From the IMG/VR virus record IMGVR_UViG_3300048577_000101, positions 1 to 39,795 of that record: 39,795 bases of DNA. The stretch is one strand, 5' to 3'. This DNA comes from a virus. Taxonomy: Duplodnaviria; Caudoviricetes. Both the position numbers and the translations under genes were made by a program. Below the pieces are notes generated by a model. That model had not been told where the DNA came from. It saw only the letters and a list, made by a program, of their open reading frames with translations, and did not search any database. The stretch's first letter is position 1; each line of letters opens with the position of its first letter. This document shows, one piece after another, positions 17,883 through 26,860 of the stretch.

Positions 17883-19211
17883 ATGAAGCACGTTATCCCG
17901 ACGGGCCTCGCGCCCGGCTCGGCGATCCTCGCCGAACCCACCTTGAATGCCCGCGCCCGCGGTCTCTACGGCGTTCGGCTCGACGCCGGCGACGCCACCA
18001 AGATCCTCGCCGAGCTGAAGAAGACCTTCGAAGACTTCAAGGCCGAACGTGACAAGGAAATCGCCGACCTGAAGAAGGGCTTGGGCGACGTGGTGCAGAC
18101 CGAGAAGGTCGACCGCATGAATGCCGAGATCGCCAAGCTGCAGGGCTCGATCGACGAGGTCAACGCCCTGGTGGCGGCGCTTCGCGTCGGCGGCGGTGGC
18201 GACAATACCAAGCTGTCGGCCGCCGAGCAGGCGCACAAGGCCGGCTTCAACAACTACTTCCGCAAGGGCGTGGAAGCGGGTCTGCGCGATCTGGAGGTCA
18301 AGGCCGCCGCCACGACCGACAAGGACGACGCTGGTGGCTATACGGTCGACAAGACGACCGAACAGACCATTGATCGCGTGCTCGGCGTGGTGTCTGCCAT
18401 CCGCAACATCGCATCGGTGATCACCATCTCGACCGCCGAATACGAGAAGCTGGTCAATCAGGGCGGCGCAACCGGCGGCTGGGTCGGGGAGAAGGAACCC
18501 CGCCCCGAGACCGGCACGCCGGCGCTGGCCAAGCTGAACTATCCTGCGATGGAGCTCTACGCCAACCCGGCTGCGACGCAGAAGATGCTGGATGATTCCC
18601 GCATCGACGTCGCGTCGTGGCTCGGCGATGAAGTCGCCATCGTCTTCGCCGAGAAGGAAGGCCTTGCCTTCTACTCCGGCGACGGCGTCAACAAACCTCG
18701 CGGCATCGCGGCCTACCCGATGGTCGCGAACGCTTCCTATGCGTGGGGCAAGGTCGGCTTCACCACGACCGGTGTCGCGTCCGCGCTCAACGACTCGACC
18801 CACAGCGGCCATGATGCCTTCACCGACCTCGTCTACGCGATCAAGCAGGGTTACCGGCAGAACGCCCGGTTCCTGATGAACCGCGCGACGCAGGCAGCCG
18901 TGCGCAAGTTCGCTTCGCTCGGCTCGGAGAAGGTTCCGCTGTGGCAGCCTTCGATGCAGCTCGGCCAGCCGGCGACCATCATGGGCTATCCGGTTAGCGA
19001 CGACGACAACGTCGCCGATATCGGATCGAACAACTTCCCGGTATGGTTCGGCGACTTCAAGCGCGCCTACCTGATCGTCGATCGGGCCGGCATTCGCGTC
19101 CTGCGCGATCCCTACACCAACAAGCCCTACGTGATGTTCTACACCACGAAGCGCGTTGGTGGCGGCATCCAGAACTTCGAAGCCATCAAGGCGATGAAGT
19201 GCTCGACCTGA
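17883..19211 (+). CDS. HK97-fold major capsid protein
   Basis: Coiled-coil delta domain, GGYTV, WVGEKE.RPET, GDGVNKPRGI, FGDFKRAY, KRVGG. Confidence 0.96.
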   Translation: MKHVIPTGLAPGSAILAEPTLNARARGLYGVRLDAGDATKILAELKKTFEDFKAERDKEIADLKKGLGDVVQTEKVDRMNAEIAKLQGSIDEVNALVAALRVGGGGDNTKLSAAEQAHKAGFNNYFRKGVEAGLRDLEVKAAATTDKDDAGGYTVDKTTEQTIDRVLGVVSAIRNIASVITISTAEYEKLVNQGGATGGWVGEKEPRPETGTPALAKLNYPAMELYANPAATQKMLDDSRIDVASWLGDEVAIVFAEKEGLAFYSGDGVNKPRGIAAYPMVANASYAWGKVGFTTTGVASALNDSTHSGHDAFTDLVYAIKQGYRQNARFLMNRATQAAVRKFASLGSEKVPLWQPSMQLGQPATIMGYPVSDDDNVADIGSNNFPVWFGDFKRAYLIVDRAGIRVLRDPYTNKPYVMFYTTKRVGGGIQNFEAIKAMKCST

Positions 19212-19220
19212 TCCCGCTCT

Positions 19221-19246
19221 GAGCGGCGGGCTTCGGCCCGCTGCTC
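19221..19246 (+). terminator. cUUCGg hairpin after capsid gene (attenuator or mRNA stabiliser)
   Basis: GAGCGGCGGGC-TTCG-GCCCGCTGCTC, weak U-tract. Confidence 0.6.
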
Positions 19247-19281
19247 TCCGGCTTTCCATCCATTCGCAAAGGAACATCTCA

Positions 19282-19692
19282 ATGCGCGACATGCACAACA
19301 ACATCAGCGTGCTCCACGCGATCACGCCGCAGGCGGTCGGGACGACCGGCGCTGCGAACGGCAAGCTCTCTGGTATCCTCGATCGGCAGGGCTTCGAGTC
19401 GGTCGAGTTCCTGTTCTCTTCCAGCGCCAGCGCGTCGGTTGCGGACACGATCAATCCGGTCATCCTGGAAGCCGCGGCGACCGGCGACAGCTTCACCTCC
19501 GTGGCGGACGGCGATCTGCTCGGTACCGAGAGCGGCCAGAAGCTGACGCTGACGGCCGCCGGCTCCAGCCGGATCGGCTATCGCGGCAACAAGCGGTACC
19601 TGAAAATCCGCCTCTATGGCCTCGGGACCGCGACCGCCATCGTGAGCGCGGTTGCCGTTCTCGGCCGCCCGCACATGGCGCCCGTCGCCTGA
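19282..19692 (+). CDS. Capsid decoration/cement protein
   Basis: Beta-rich 136 aa directly after MCP; IGYRGNKRYLKI motif; AAGGA RBS. Confidence 0.65.
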   Translation: MRDMHNNISVLHAITPQAVGTTGAANGKLSGILDRQGFESVEFLFSSSASASVADTINPVILEAAATGDSFTSVADGDLLGTESGQKLTLTAAGSSRIGYRGNKRYLKIRLYGLGTATAIVSAVAVLGRPHMAPVA

Positions 19693-20456
19693 TGGTCAAT
19701 GACAACCAGATGGCGCCGGCATCCGTGCCGGCGCATGTCGCCATCATCGGCCTCGGGCCGTCGTGCGCGACGTTCTTCGAGCTGACCCGAAGGCTCGGCG
19801 GGGTCTCGGCCTATTGTGACGAGGTATGGGGCCTCAACGCGATGGGGGACGTGCTGCGCTGTGACCGGATCTTCCACATGGATGATCTGAAGGTCCAGGA
19901 AGCCCGCGCCGTGGCGAAGCCGGACGGCAACATTGCGGCGATGGTGCGCTGGCTCAAGACCCATCCGGGGCCGGTCTACACCTCGATTGTGCGGGAAGGC
20001 TATCCGGGGCTGGTCGCGTTTCCGCTGGAGGAAGTCTTGAACCGCTCGGGCGATGCCAATGGTGGCGCGCCGTACTTCAATTCGACCGCGGCCTATGCGA
20101 TCGCTTACGCGATCCATGTCGGGGTCAAGCATATCTCGCTGTTCGGTCTCGACTACACGCTGCCGAATTCGCACCACGCCGAACAGGGCAGGGCGTGCTG
20201 CGAATTCTGGCTCGGGGTCGCGGCGGCGCGTGGAATCCAGATCACGATTCCGGAGACGTCGTCGCTGATGGACGGCTGCGCCACCGAGCGGGAGCGCCTC
20301 TATGGCTATGACTGCGTCGACGTTCGCCTCGTCGACCAGGAAGACGGCACGGTGAAGGTCGAGATGGTCGATCGCGACGCGCCGAGCGCGGAAGAGATCG
20401 AGGAACGGTACGACCACAAGCAGCACCCGAACCGACTCGTGCGGAAGGCCTCCTGA
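19692..20456 (+). CDS. Maf/DUF115/sialyltransferase-fold putative glycosyltransferase
   Basis: VAIIGLGPS, VWGLN, DRIFHMD, NSTAAYAIAYAIHVGVKHISLFGLD. Confidence 0.65.
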   Translation: MVNDNQMAPASVPAHVAIIGLGPSCATFFELTRRLGGVSAYCDEVWGLNAMGDVLRCDRIFHMDDLKVQEARAVAKPDGNIAAMVRWLKTHPGPVYTSIVREGYPGLVAFPLEEVLNRSGDANGGAPYFNSTAAYAIAYAIHVGVKHISLFGLDYTLPNSHHAEQGRACCEFWLGVAAARGIQITIPETSSLMDGCATERERLYGYDCVDVRLVDQEDGTVKVEMVDRDAPSAEEIEERYDHKQHPNRLVRKAS

Positions 20457-21049
20457 TGTATCGCCCGGTCCGGATCGAGCCGCCGACGAGCTTGCCGGTC
20501 TCCCTCGAAGAGGTGAAGGCCGCGCTCGATATCGGCTATGTCGAGAAGGACGAACTGATCAAGGGACTGATCGCGGCAGCGGTCTCATATCTCGACGGCT
20601 GGTCCGGCGTCCTCGGACGCTGTCTGTGCGAGCAGACATGGCGGCAGGACTTCGACTATTTCTGCTGGGATTTGCGGCTGCCGATGTTCCCGGTGCTGTC
20701 GGTCGAGAGCGTGAAGTATACCGACGTCAACGGCGCCGAGCAGACGGTGAGTCCGGACAGCTATTCGGTGCTGACGGACGGACTCGGGACCTTCGTCCGG
20801 TTCACGAAGGGATTTTCATTTCCGACCACCAAGGCCTTCGAGAGCGCCGCGGTGCGCGTGACTTACGTCTGCGGGCATGAAGACGGCGACGATGAAGACC
20901 CGGTGCCGGCCGCGATCAAGCAGGCGATCATGCTGCTGGTGCGGCTCTGGTTCGACAATCCGTCCGCTGTTGTGATCGGGGCGACGGTCGAGAAGCTGCC
21001 GTTTGCGGTCGATGCGCTGCTGGCGCCGTATCGGCGGGTCCGCTTCTGA
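20456..21049 (+). CDS. Head-tail connector (HK97 gp6 / phiE125 gp8-like)
   Basis: PVSLEEVK...LIAAAV...VPAAIKQAIMLLV..W...VDALLAPYR. Confidence 0.9.
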   Translation: MYRPVRIEPPTSLPVSLEEVKAALDIGYVEKDELIKGLIAAAVSYLDGWSGVLGRCLCEQTWRQDFDYFCWDLRLPMFPVLSVESVKYTDVNGAEQTVSPDSYSVLTDGLGTFVRFTKGFSFPTTKAFESAAVRVTYVCGHEDGDDEDPVPAAIKQAIMLLVRLWFDNPSAVVIGATVEKLPFAVDALLAPYRRVRF

Positions 21050-21435
21050 TGCAGCGCCGCTACGATCGCCAGATCATCATCCAGCGCGCCACGGTCACGC
21101 AATCAGGCTCCGGTGCGCCGATTGAGACCTGGGCCGACATCGCCTACAAGTGCTTCGCCTTCGTGGCGCCGACCAAGGGAGCTGAGAAGTTCGCAGATCC
21201 GGAGAAGGTCGCCTCCCAGGAAGTCACCTTCATGGTCCGGTTTCATTCGATCCCGGCGGCGTTCCGGCCCCTGGGTCCAAAGGACCGCATCATCTATCCG
21301 GTGGACGGAATAGCCCGCAACGAGCAAAGCCCGCGCTGGGACCGGGTCTACGACATCGTCTCGCCGGATGAGGTGGGACGGCAGGTTGATCTCTCCATCA
21401 AGACGCTGCGTCGTGCTGACGTGACTTCCACCTAA
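21049..21435 (+). CDS. Head closure / head-tail adaptor (SPP1 gp16-like)
   Basis: RQIIIQR...G.PIETW...E.F...RII...YDI. Confidence 0.85.
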   Translation: MQRRYDRQIIIQRATVTQSGSGAPIETWADIAYKCFAFVAPTKGAEKFADPEKVASQEVTFMVRFHSIPAAFRPLGPKDRIIYPVDGIARNEQSPRWDRVYDIVSPDEVGRQVDLSIKTLRRADVTST

Positions 21436-21455
21436 CAGAGAAGGGATTTGGTCCG

Positions 21456-22088
21456 ATGGCCAACGCAATTTACCCGGAATACAAGGAATTTCTGCTCGCT
21501 GCGTCGGCGAACGTCTCGCTGGATCAGAACGATAGCACCAACGGACCGTTCATCGCGCTAGTCGATACCGGGACCTACACCTACAGCTCGGGGCACGACT
21601 TCTATAGCGATCTGTCTGGCATCGTCGGCACCGACCAGCGTATTGCGAATCCGACGGTCGCGAACGGCACCTTCGACGGCGACAACGTCACCTATACCGC
21701 GGTCTCCGGCAACTCGGTGGAAGCGCTCGTGATCTACCGCAAGAATTCCGGCGCCAACACCACCTGGAAGGTGGTCGCCTATATCGACACGTCGGTGACT
21801 GGATTGCCGGTGACGCCGAACGGAGGCGACATCACGGTGACCTTCAACGCCTCCGGCATCTTCACGATCTCGGATCGCAAGAAGAAGCACGGCATCCGCC
21901 TGGTCGGCGACTACAGGGGCGAACTCGGAATCTACGAGTACGCCTATCACGGCGAGGAACGTGTCCGTCTCGGTTTCATGGCCGATGAGGTCGAGAAGCT
22001 CGACAAGAGCGCCGTCGTGGATTTCGGCTCGCACAAGCGGGTCAACTATCACCGGGCATTTGCCGCGGCCGACCGGCTCGCGGCCTGA
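21456..22088 (+). CDS. Virion fibre subunit with C-terminal S74 intramolecular chaperone
   Basis: MANAIY...YIDT..GLPVTPNGGDITVTFNASGIF, then SDRKKK...IYEYAY...GFMADEVE...VNY. Confidence 0.75.
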   Translation: MANAIYPEYKEFLLAASANVSLDQNDSTNGPFIALVDTGTYTYSSGHDFYSDLSGIVGTDQRIANPTVANGTFDGDNVTYTAVSGNSVEALVIYRKNSGANTTWKVVAYIDTSVTGLPVTPNGGDITVTFNASGIFTISDRKKKHGIRLVGDYRGELGIYEYAYHGEERVRLGFMADEVEKLDKSAVVDFGSHKRVNYHRAFAAADRLAA

Positions 22089-22121
22089 CGCCGTCCATCA
22101 TTCCCACAGGGAGGTTCATCC

Positions 22122-22313
22122 ATGCCGTCACACGCCTTCAAGAACCGGGCTGCCACCTATCTCGGGCAGGCCGTCACCGTGCTCCGCGGGGCCAATCCGG
22201 GCGATATCCGGCCAGGTACCTCGCTGGAAGGCCCGCACTTCCTGGTCGTCAGCGCCGAGGGCGAAAAGCTCGTGGCGCCGGTGGCTGAAGTCGAGATCAC
22301 GCCGGAGGCCTGA
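22122..22313 (+). CDS. Hypothetical protein
   Basis: GGGAGG RBS. Confidence 0.65.
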   Translation: MPSHAFKNRAATYLGQAVTVLRGANPGDIRPGTSLEGPHFLVVSAEGEKLVAPVAEVEITPEA

Positions 22314-22636
22314 TGTCCCTGATCCTGCCGAAAGACCCGCTCTACAAGACCGGCCCCGATCAGCAGCGGGAGCTGTTCAATGCCTTCTGCAGGGCAGGGA
22401 ACGGCTTCTCCTCCGAGGATGTGATCGGGGCTGCCATCAACGTGCTGGTGAACGCGCTTCGCCAGGCGCACGCGACCCAGGCCAAGGCCATGATGGCCGC
22501 AGACGAGAAGTCCGCCAAGATCAAGGAACTGCTGGCCAAGCACTATACCAGCACGGGACGGGTCAACGGCGTGTTCCCGTTCCACCAGACCGTCGAGCTT
22601 GCCCACTTCACCGACAAGGACGGGATTCGCGGCTAG
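22313..22636 (+). CDS. Hypothetical protein
   Basis: TGATG coupling; helical 107 aa. Confidence 0.7.
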   Translation: MSLILPKDPLYKTGPDQQRELFNAFCRAGNGFSSEDVIGAAINVLVNALRQAHATQAKAMMAADEKSAKIKELLAKHYTSTGRVNGVFPFHQTVELAHFTDKDGIRG

Positions 22637-22663
22637 TGGTCGCGGGTCGGCCGTGAGGGTCTG

Positions 22664-25189
22664 ATGGCGACTTCGGCGCTTGTCGATAATGCGACGAGGA
22701 CGAGTTCTACCGGTACCAGCCCGACTGTAACAGGTGCGGGCTTCGGCTCGGCGTTTGCCGGCCGTGTTCTGGTTGTCGAATGGGCGTCCATCGATCTCGG
22801 TACAGCGCCAACGGCGGCAACGATTGGGGGTGTTTCTGCTACCATCATTGGTACCGGATTGCTGGGGTTGGCAGCCGCGGTTGTTCCGAGTGGCACGTCC
22901 GGCAATATCGTATTTACGACCTCCAGCTCTGATACCATAGTAACGAATGGCGTTGTTGCCCTAACGGGTGCGGCAAACGCCACGCCGTCCGATACAATCG
23001 TTAATTATGCTGGCGCATCTGGCAATATCGATGTCGGGGCTGCTGGCGCGCTAGTCGCGTTTGCCTACAACAATCCGCCGCCGGATGGCGCATGGACCGG
23101 CGCGACAGGTTTGCGCACCGATTCATCGCTTGGCGCTGCGCTAAGCACGGCATCGTTTGACAACGGCGGCGGAGCACTCACTAACCGAGCCGTCAGTTAT
23201 TCGACGGGCTTGGCTCTCATCGCTGCGGCCTTCGATGCCGATGCCGGTGGCGGCCTCTCGCCGTCGCTGTTCACCGACACGGATACGTTCTTTTCCGCGA
23301 CGGTGGTTGGCTCGCAGTCGCTCACGGCGTCGCTCTATAGCGATACCGACTCGTTCTTTTCTTCGACCGTCCTAAACCGCGGCGATCTGATCGGGACGCT
23401 GCAGGCGAACAACAACTCGATCCCGGCGAGCTTCTCGGCGACGGGGTCGGTTGCGGTCGAGGTGGGGGACCTGATCGTCTCGGTGGTCTGCCAGCAGACC
23501 AATCTGACGGTCACTGGTGTTACCGACAATCTGGGTAATACGTATACGGCCCAGAATGCCGGCACGGATGCGGGCAACGTCACCGGGCGGGTCTATTATT
23601 CGATTGCGACCAATGCCGGTACGCTGACCTCGGTCACGGCGGCGTGCAGTTCCAGCACCAATGACGGCGTTCATATCGTCGGTGTCTGGAAGGGCAAGTT
23701 CTCCGCGATCGACGTCAATATCGCGAACACGACCGGGGATGTTTCCTCGCCCTATTCCTGCCCCGCCACGGGCACGCTGGCGCAGGCCGCGGAACTGGTC
23801 GTCAGCTGGGGTGTAGCGAGCTACGGCACGTCCTGGTCGGCTTCCTCGCCGATGCTGATGGCGCTGCAGCTGGCGAACTCGACCACGATCAAGGCCGCAC
23901 TTGCAGCCAAGGTCGTCTCGGCGACGACGACCACGACACCGGCATTTACGGCCGCCAGCAATCCCGGCCAGGCGGTGCTGGGGACGCTGTCGTTCAAGAT
24001 GGACCTGACGCAGCCCTTGGTGGCTGCGCTGTTCGACGACAGCGACGCGTTCTTTTCGGCCACCGTCGATCAAGCCGCGGGCGGGCAAGCTCTCACGGCC
24101 TCGCTGTTTGCGGATAGTGACGCGTTCTTCACCCATGTGGTGACGACGGGTGCGGTCGGGCTCACGGCTGGTCTCTTTGTCGACACCGATGCGTTCTTCG
24201 GGCCGACGGCATCGCCCGGCACGGTGGGGCTTACGGCCTCGCTGTTCTCGGACAACGAGACGTTCTTCGCCTCGACGGTGAGCGGCAGCTACGCGCTGAC
24301 GGTGCCGCTTTATGCGGATACGGACAGCGTCTATAGCGCCACCATCACGGTCGGTGGAGTAGTGCTAACAGCCTCGCTGTTCTCGGACGGCGACAGCTTC
24401 TTCAGTGCGACGGTTGCGAGCGCGTCCGATCTGACGCCTTCGCTGTTTACCGATAGCGATGCGTTCTTCTCGGCGGTGGTTTCGCCGGGTGGGGTGGCGC
24501 TGACGGCGGGGCTTTACGCCGACACGGACGTCTTCCATGACGCCGTGGTGTCCTCCGGCGGGGCGTTGCTGGCGCCGGATGTCTTCGTCGATTCGGACGC
24601 GTTCCATTCGGCGACGGTGGCGCCGGGATCAGTCGGGCTCACGGCGGCGCTGTTTACGGACAGTGACGCGTTCTTCTCGGCGACCATCGGGCGCGGTGCG
24701 GTCGGGCTCGCCGCGGCGCTGTTTAGTGAGACGGATACGTTCTTCACCCCGGTGTTGAGCGTGGGTGCTGCGCCGCTGACGGCCTCGCTGTTTGTCGAGG
24801 GCGATGCGTTCCACGATGCCGTGGTGTCGGCCGGCGGGTCCGTGCTGGCGCCGGTGTTGGTGGTTGATAACGACGCGTTCTTCTCGGCGGCCTTGTCGCG
24901 CGGGGCTGTCGATCTCGGGCCAGTGCTGTTTGAGGACGCGGATATCTTCCATTCCGCGACGGTGACGGTCGGCAGCGTCAGTATCGCGCCCGACCTGTTC
25001 GCGGATAACGACAATTTCTACTCGCCGACGGTCAATCTGCGGCCGCTGGTGCAGGTCAATTCCGCCGCCGTTGCATATGCGGACTCGCAGCAGCGCGTTG
25101 TGTATGCGGCACCGCAATCCCGAGTGGCCTACGCGGACCCGCAAACCAGAGTCGTCTATTTGGACCCGCAACAGCGATCGGCAGGGTGA
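22664..25189 (+). CDS. Repeat-rich fibre protein (17 x ~23-aa repeats, two globular domains)
   Basis: LTASLFxDxDxFFSATV repeats counted by eye; 3 x 11-aa RVxYAxPQ at C-terminus. Confidence 0.8.
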   Translation: MATSALVDNATRTSSTGTSPTVTGAGFGSAFAGRVLVVEWASIDLGTAPTAATIGGVSATIIGTGLLGLAAAVVPSGTSGNIVFTTSSSDTIVTNGVVALTGAANATPSDTIVNYAGASGNIDVGAAGALVAFAYNNPPPDGAWTGATGLRTDSSLGAALSTASFDNGGGALTNRAVSYSTGLALIAAAFDADAGGGLSPSLFTDTDTFFSATVVGSQSLTASLYSDTDSFFSSTVLNRGDLIGTLQANNNSIPASFSATGSVAVEVGDLIVSVVCQQTNLTVTGVTDNLGNTYTAQNAGTDAGNVTGRVYYSIATNAGTLTSVTAACSSSTNDGVHIVGVWKGKFSAIDVNIANTTGDVSSPYSCPATGTLAQAAELVVSWGVASYGTSWSASSPMLMALQLANSTTIKAALAAKVVSATTTTTPAFTAASNPGQAVLGTLSFKMDLTQPLVAALFDDSDAFFSATVDQAAGGQALTASLFADSDAFFTHVVTTGAVGLTAGLFVDTDAFFGPTASPGTVGLTASLFSDNETFFASTVSGSYALTVPLYADTDSVYSATITVGGVVLTASLFSDGDSFFSATVASASDLTPSLFTDSDAFFSAVVSPGGVALTAGLYADTDVFHDAVVSSGGALLAPDVFVDSDAFHSATVAPGSVGLTAALFTDSDAFFSATIGRGAVGLAAALFSETDTFFTPVLSVGAAPLTASLFVEGDAFHDAVVSAGGSVLAPVLVVDNDAFFSAALSRGAVDLGPVLFEDADIFHSATVTVGSVSIAPDLFADNDNFYSPTVNLRPLVQVNSAAVAYADSQQRVVYAAPQSRVAYADPQTRVVYLDPQQRSAG

Positions 25190-25192
25190 GCA

Positions 25193-25567
25193 ATGCACCG
25201 ATGGGACCCTAAAGACCCTGACGAGACAGACGATCGCGATCTCGATTGGACGAAGCGGCTCTACAACGAGGATGAGCTTGCTGAGTACAACGCCGCCATC
25301 GCGCTTGACCCGAGCAAGGCGGAAGATGTGCCATCGACGGTCGTCATGCCTGCAGATGCGATCGTGACGTCGACCTTTGTCTTGCCGAGTCAGGTCGGAT
25401 CGGCGAATCCGCTCGTGGCGGAATCCGCTTCCAATACCGCAACCCGCTGCAAGGGGTGGTGGTCGGGTGGTGTGCACAAGACGGACTACGATATCGTCAA
25501 TCGCGTCGTGACGTCCAGCGGGCGTGAACTCGACGAGACAGTCAGGTTTCCAATTCGAACTCGGTAG
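25193..25567 (+). CDS. Putative fibre attachment/adaptor protein
   Basis: KDPDE..D..LDW...W.SGG...Y.IVNRVVTSSGR motif, recalled from fibre-adaptor annotations. Confidence 0.6.
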   Translation: MHRWDPKDPDETDDRDLDWTKRLYNEDELAEYNAAIALDPSKAEDVPSTVVMPADAIVTSTFVLPSQVGSANPLVAESASNTATRCKGWWSGGVHKTDYDIVNRVVTSSGRELDETVRFPIRTR

Positions 25568-25661
25568 CTCAATGGATCGCGTCACGGCGATGGTGGCAAT
25601 CGCGCACCTGCGCCTGCGGCTGGATATCCTGCAGCGCCATCCGGAAATGCTGGGAGAAGAC

Positions 25662-25979
25662 ATGGCACTCAAGATCAAGCAGCCGATCGAACTCGCAGGG
25701 CTGAAATCACATCTGATCCGCGCCGAAGGGCAGGAAAAGACCATCGCGGTCCTCGCCAAGCGATACGGCAAGACGCTCGATGCGATCGACGAATTGACCG
25801 GTGCGCATGCCGAGCACGTCGGCGCGCTCGAGCATTACGAGGCCGACCTGCGGAGAAAGATCGAAGGCATGGTCGGCTCCAACGGTGGCGACCCTTTGGA
25901 TGGGGAAGGCGAGACTGGCCAGGATGGCCAATCATCCGAAGCGCGCGGGCAGGTGATTTCGAGCGAAACCAAGGTCTGA
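25662..25979 (+). CDS. Hypothetical coiled-coil protein (start may be 25573)
   Basis: GGAGA RBS before ATG 25662. Confidence 0.6.
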   Translation: MALKIKQPIELAGLKSHLIRAEGQEKTIAVLAKRYGKTLDAIDELTGAHAEHVGALEHYEADLRRKIEGMVGSNGGDPLDGEGETGQDGQSSEARGQVISSETKV

Positions 25980-26018
25980 CGTAACGCAACTGGTTCAACC
26001 CACGAAGGAGAATTTTCG

Positions 26019-26438
26019 ATGACCGATCTTTCCATCACTGCCGCGAACGTGCTGCCGGGTGCGGGCGCGCAAGTCGAGGCCGGAATGGCCGGCGGCACCA
26101 TCACGGCCGGAAAGGCGGTCTACAAGGACTCGGCCGGCGCGATCATCGCGACCGATCCGACCTCGGCCACGGTTGCGGCGCGCCAGGCGATCGGCGTCGC
26201 GCTGAACGGCGCATCGGCCGGCCAACCTGTCGACTACATGAAGCTCGGCGGCGAGATCACGATCGGCGCCACGATGACGGCAGGCGTGGTGTACTATCTC
26301 TCCGGGGCTGCCGCGGGCGGCATCTGTCCGCTGGCCGACGTCGGCGCGACCGAATATCTCTGCCCGATCGGTATCGCCAAGTCGACCACGGTGCTCAAGA
26401 CGTTCCCCGGCGGCTACTCGGGCGTGCTCGGCGCCTGA
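26019..26438 (+). CDS. DUF2190-like cement / fibre-base structural protein
   Basis: AGGTITAGKAVY...AIGVALNGASAGQPV...GVVYYLS; AAGGAG RBS. Confidence 0.65.
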   Translation: MTDLSITAANVLPGAGAQVEAGMAGGTITAGKAVYKDSAGAIIATDPTSATVAARQAIGVALNGASAGQPVDYMKLGGEITIGATMTAGVVYYLSGAAAGGICPLADVGATEYLCPIGIAKSTTVLKTFPGGYSGVLGA

Positions 26439-26440
26439 TC

Positions 26441-26860
26441 GTGAAGGACATCCGCCCCGGCCTGTTCGCGTTCTTCCGTGACGATGTGGCCATTGGTCCG
26501 CTCGTCACGGCAGGCGGTATCGCGAGGATCTATCCCGTGGTGCTGCCGCAGAGCGTGAAGCTTGCGAGCATCGTGTATACGCGCATCTCGGGCCAGGGTG
26601 ACTACACCATGCAGGGGCCGTCGGGATATTCCCGGCCGCGATTCCAGATCGACGCATGGGCGCCGACGGTGGATGCCGCGGTGACACTCGCCAACGCCAT
26701 CAGGGCTGCGCTGGACGGCTTTACCGGGGCGATCGGGACCGGGGCCAATGCCGTGTTCGTGCAGGGCGTGTTCTGCGCCGACGAGCGCGAGGACTATGAC
26801 GACATCGTGCAGATGTTCCGCGTGAGCCGGGATTTCTTCATCCATCATGGGGAGCGGTGA
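26441..26860 (+). CDS. DUF3168 tail completion/terminator protein
   Basis: RIYPVVLPQ..IVYTRISG...RFQIDAWA..LANAIRAALDG. Confidence 0.85.
   Translation: MKDIRPGLFAFFRDDVAIGPLVTAGGIARIYPVVLPQSVKLASIVYTRISGQGDYTMQGPSGYSRPRFQIDAWAPTVDAAVTLANAIRAALDGFTGAIGTGANAVFVQGVFCADEREDYDDIVQMFRVSRDFFIHHGER

Noticed and set aside
14525-19496. Long minus-strand ORFs (14525-16324, 17868-19496; likewise 3802-5187 and 31520-33067)
   Set aside because: Antisense shadows of high-GC genes with strong codon bias
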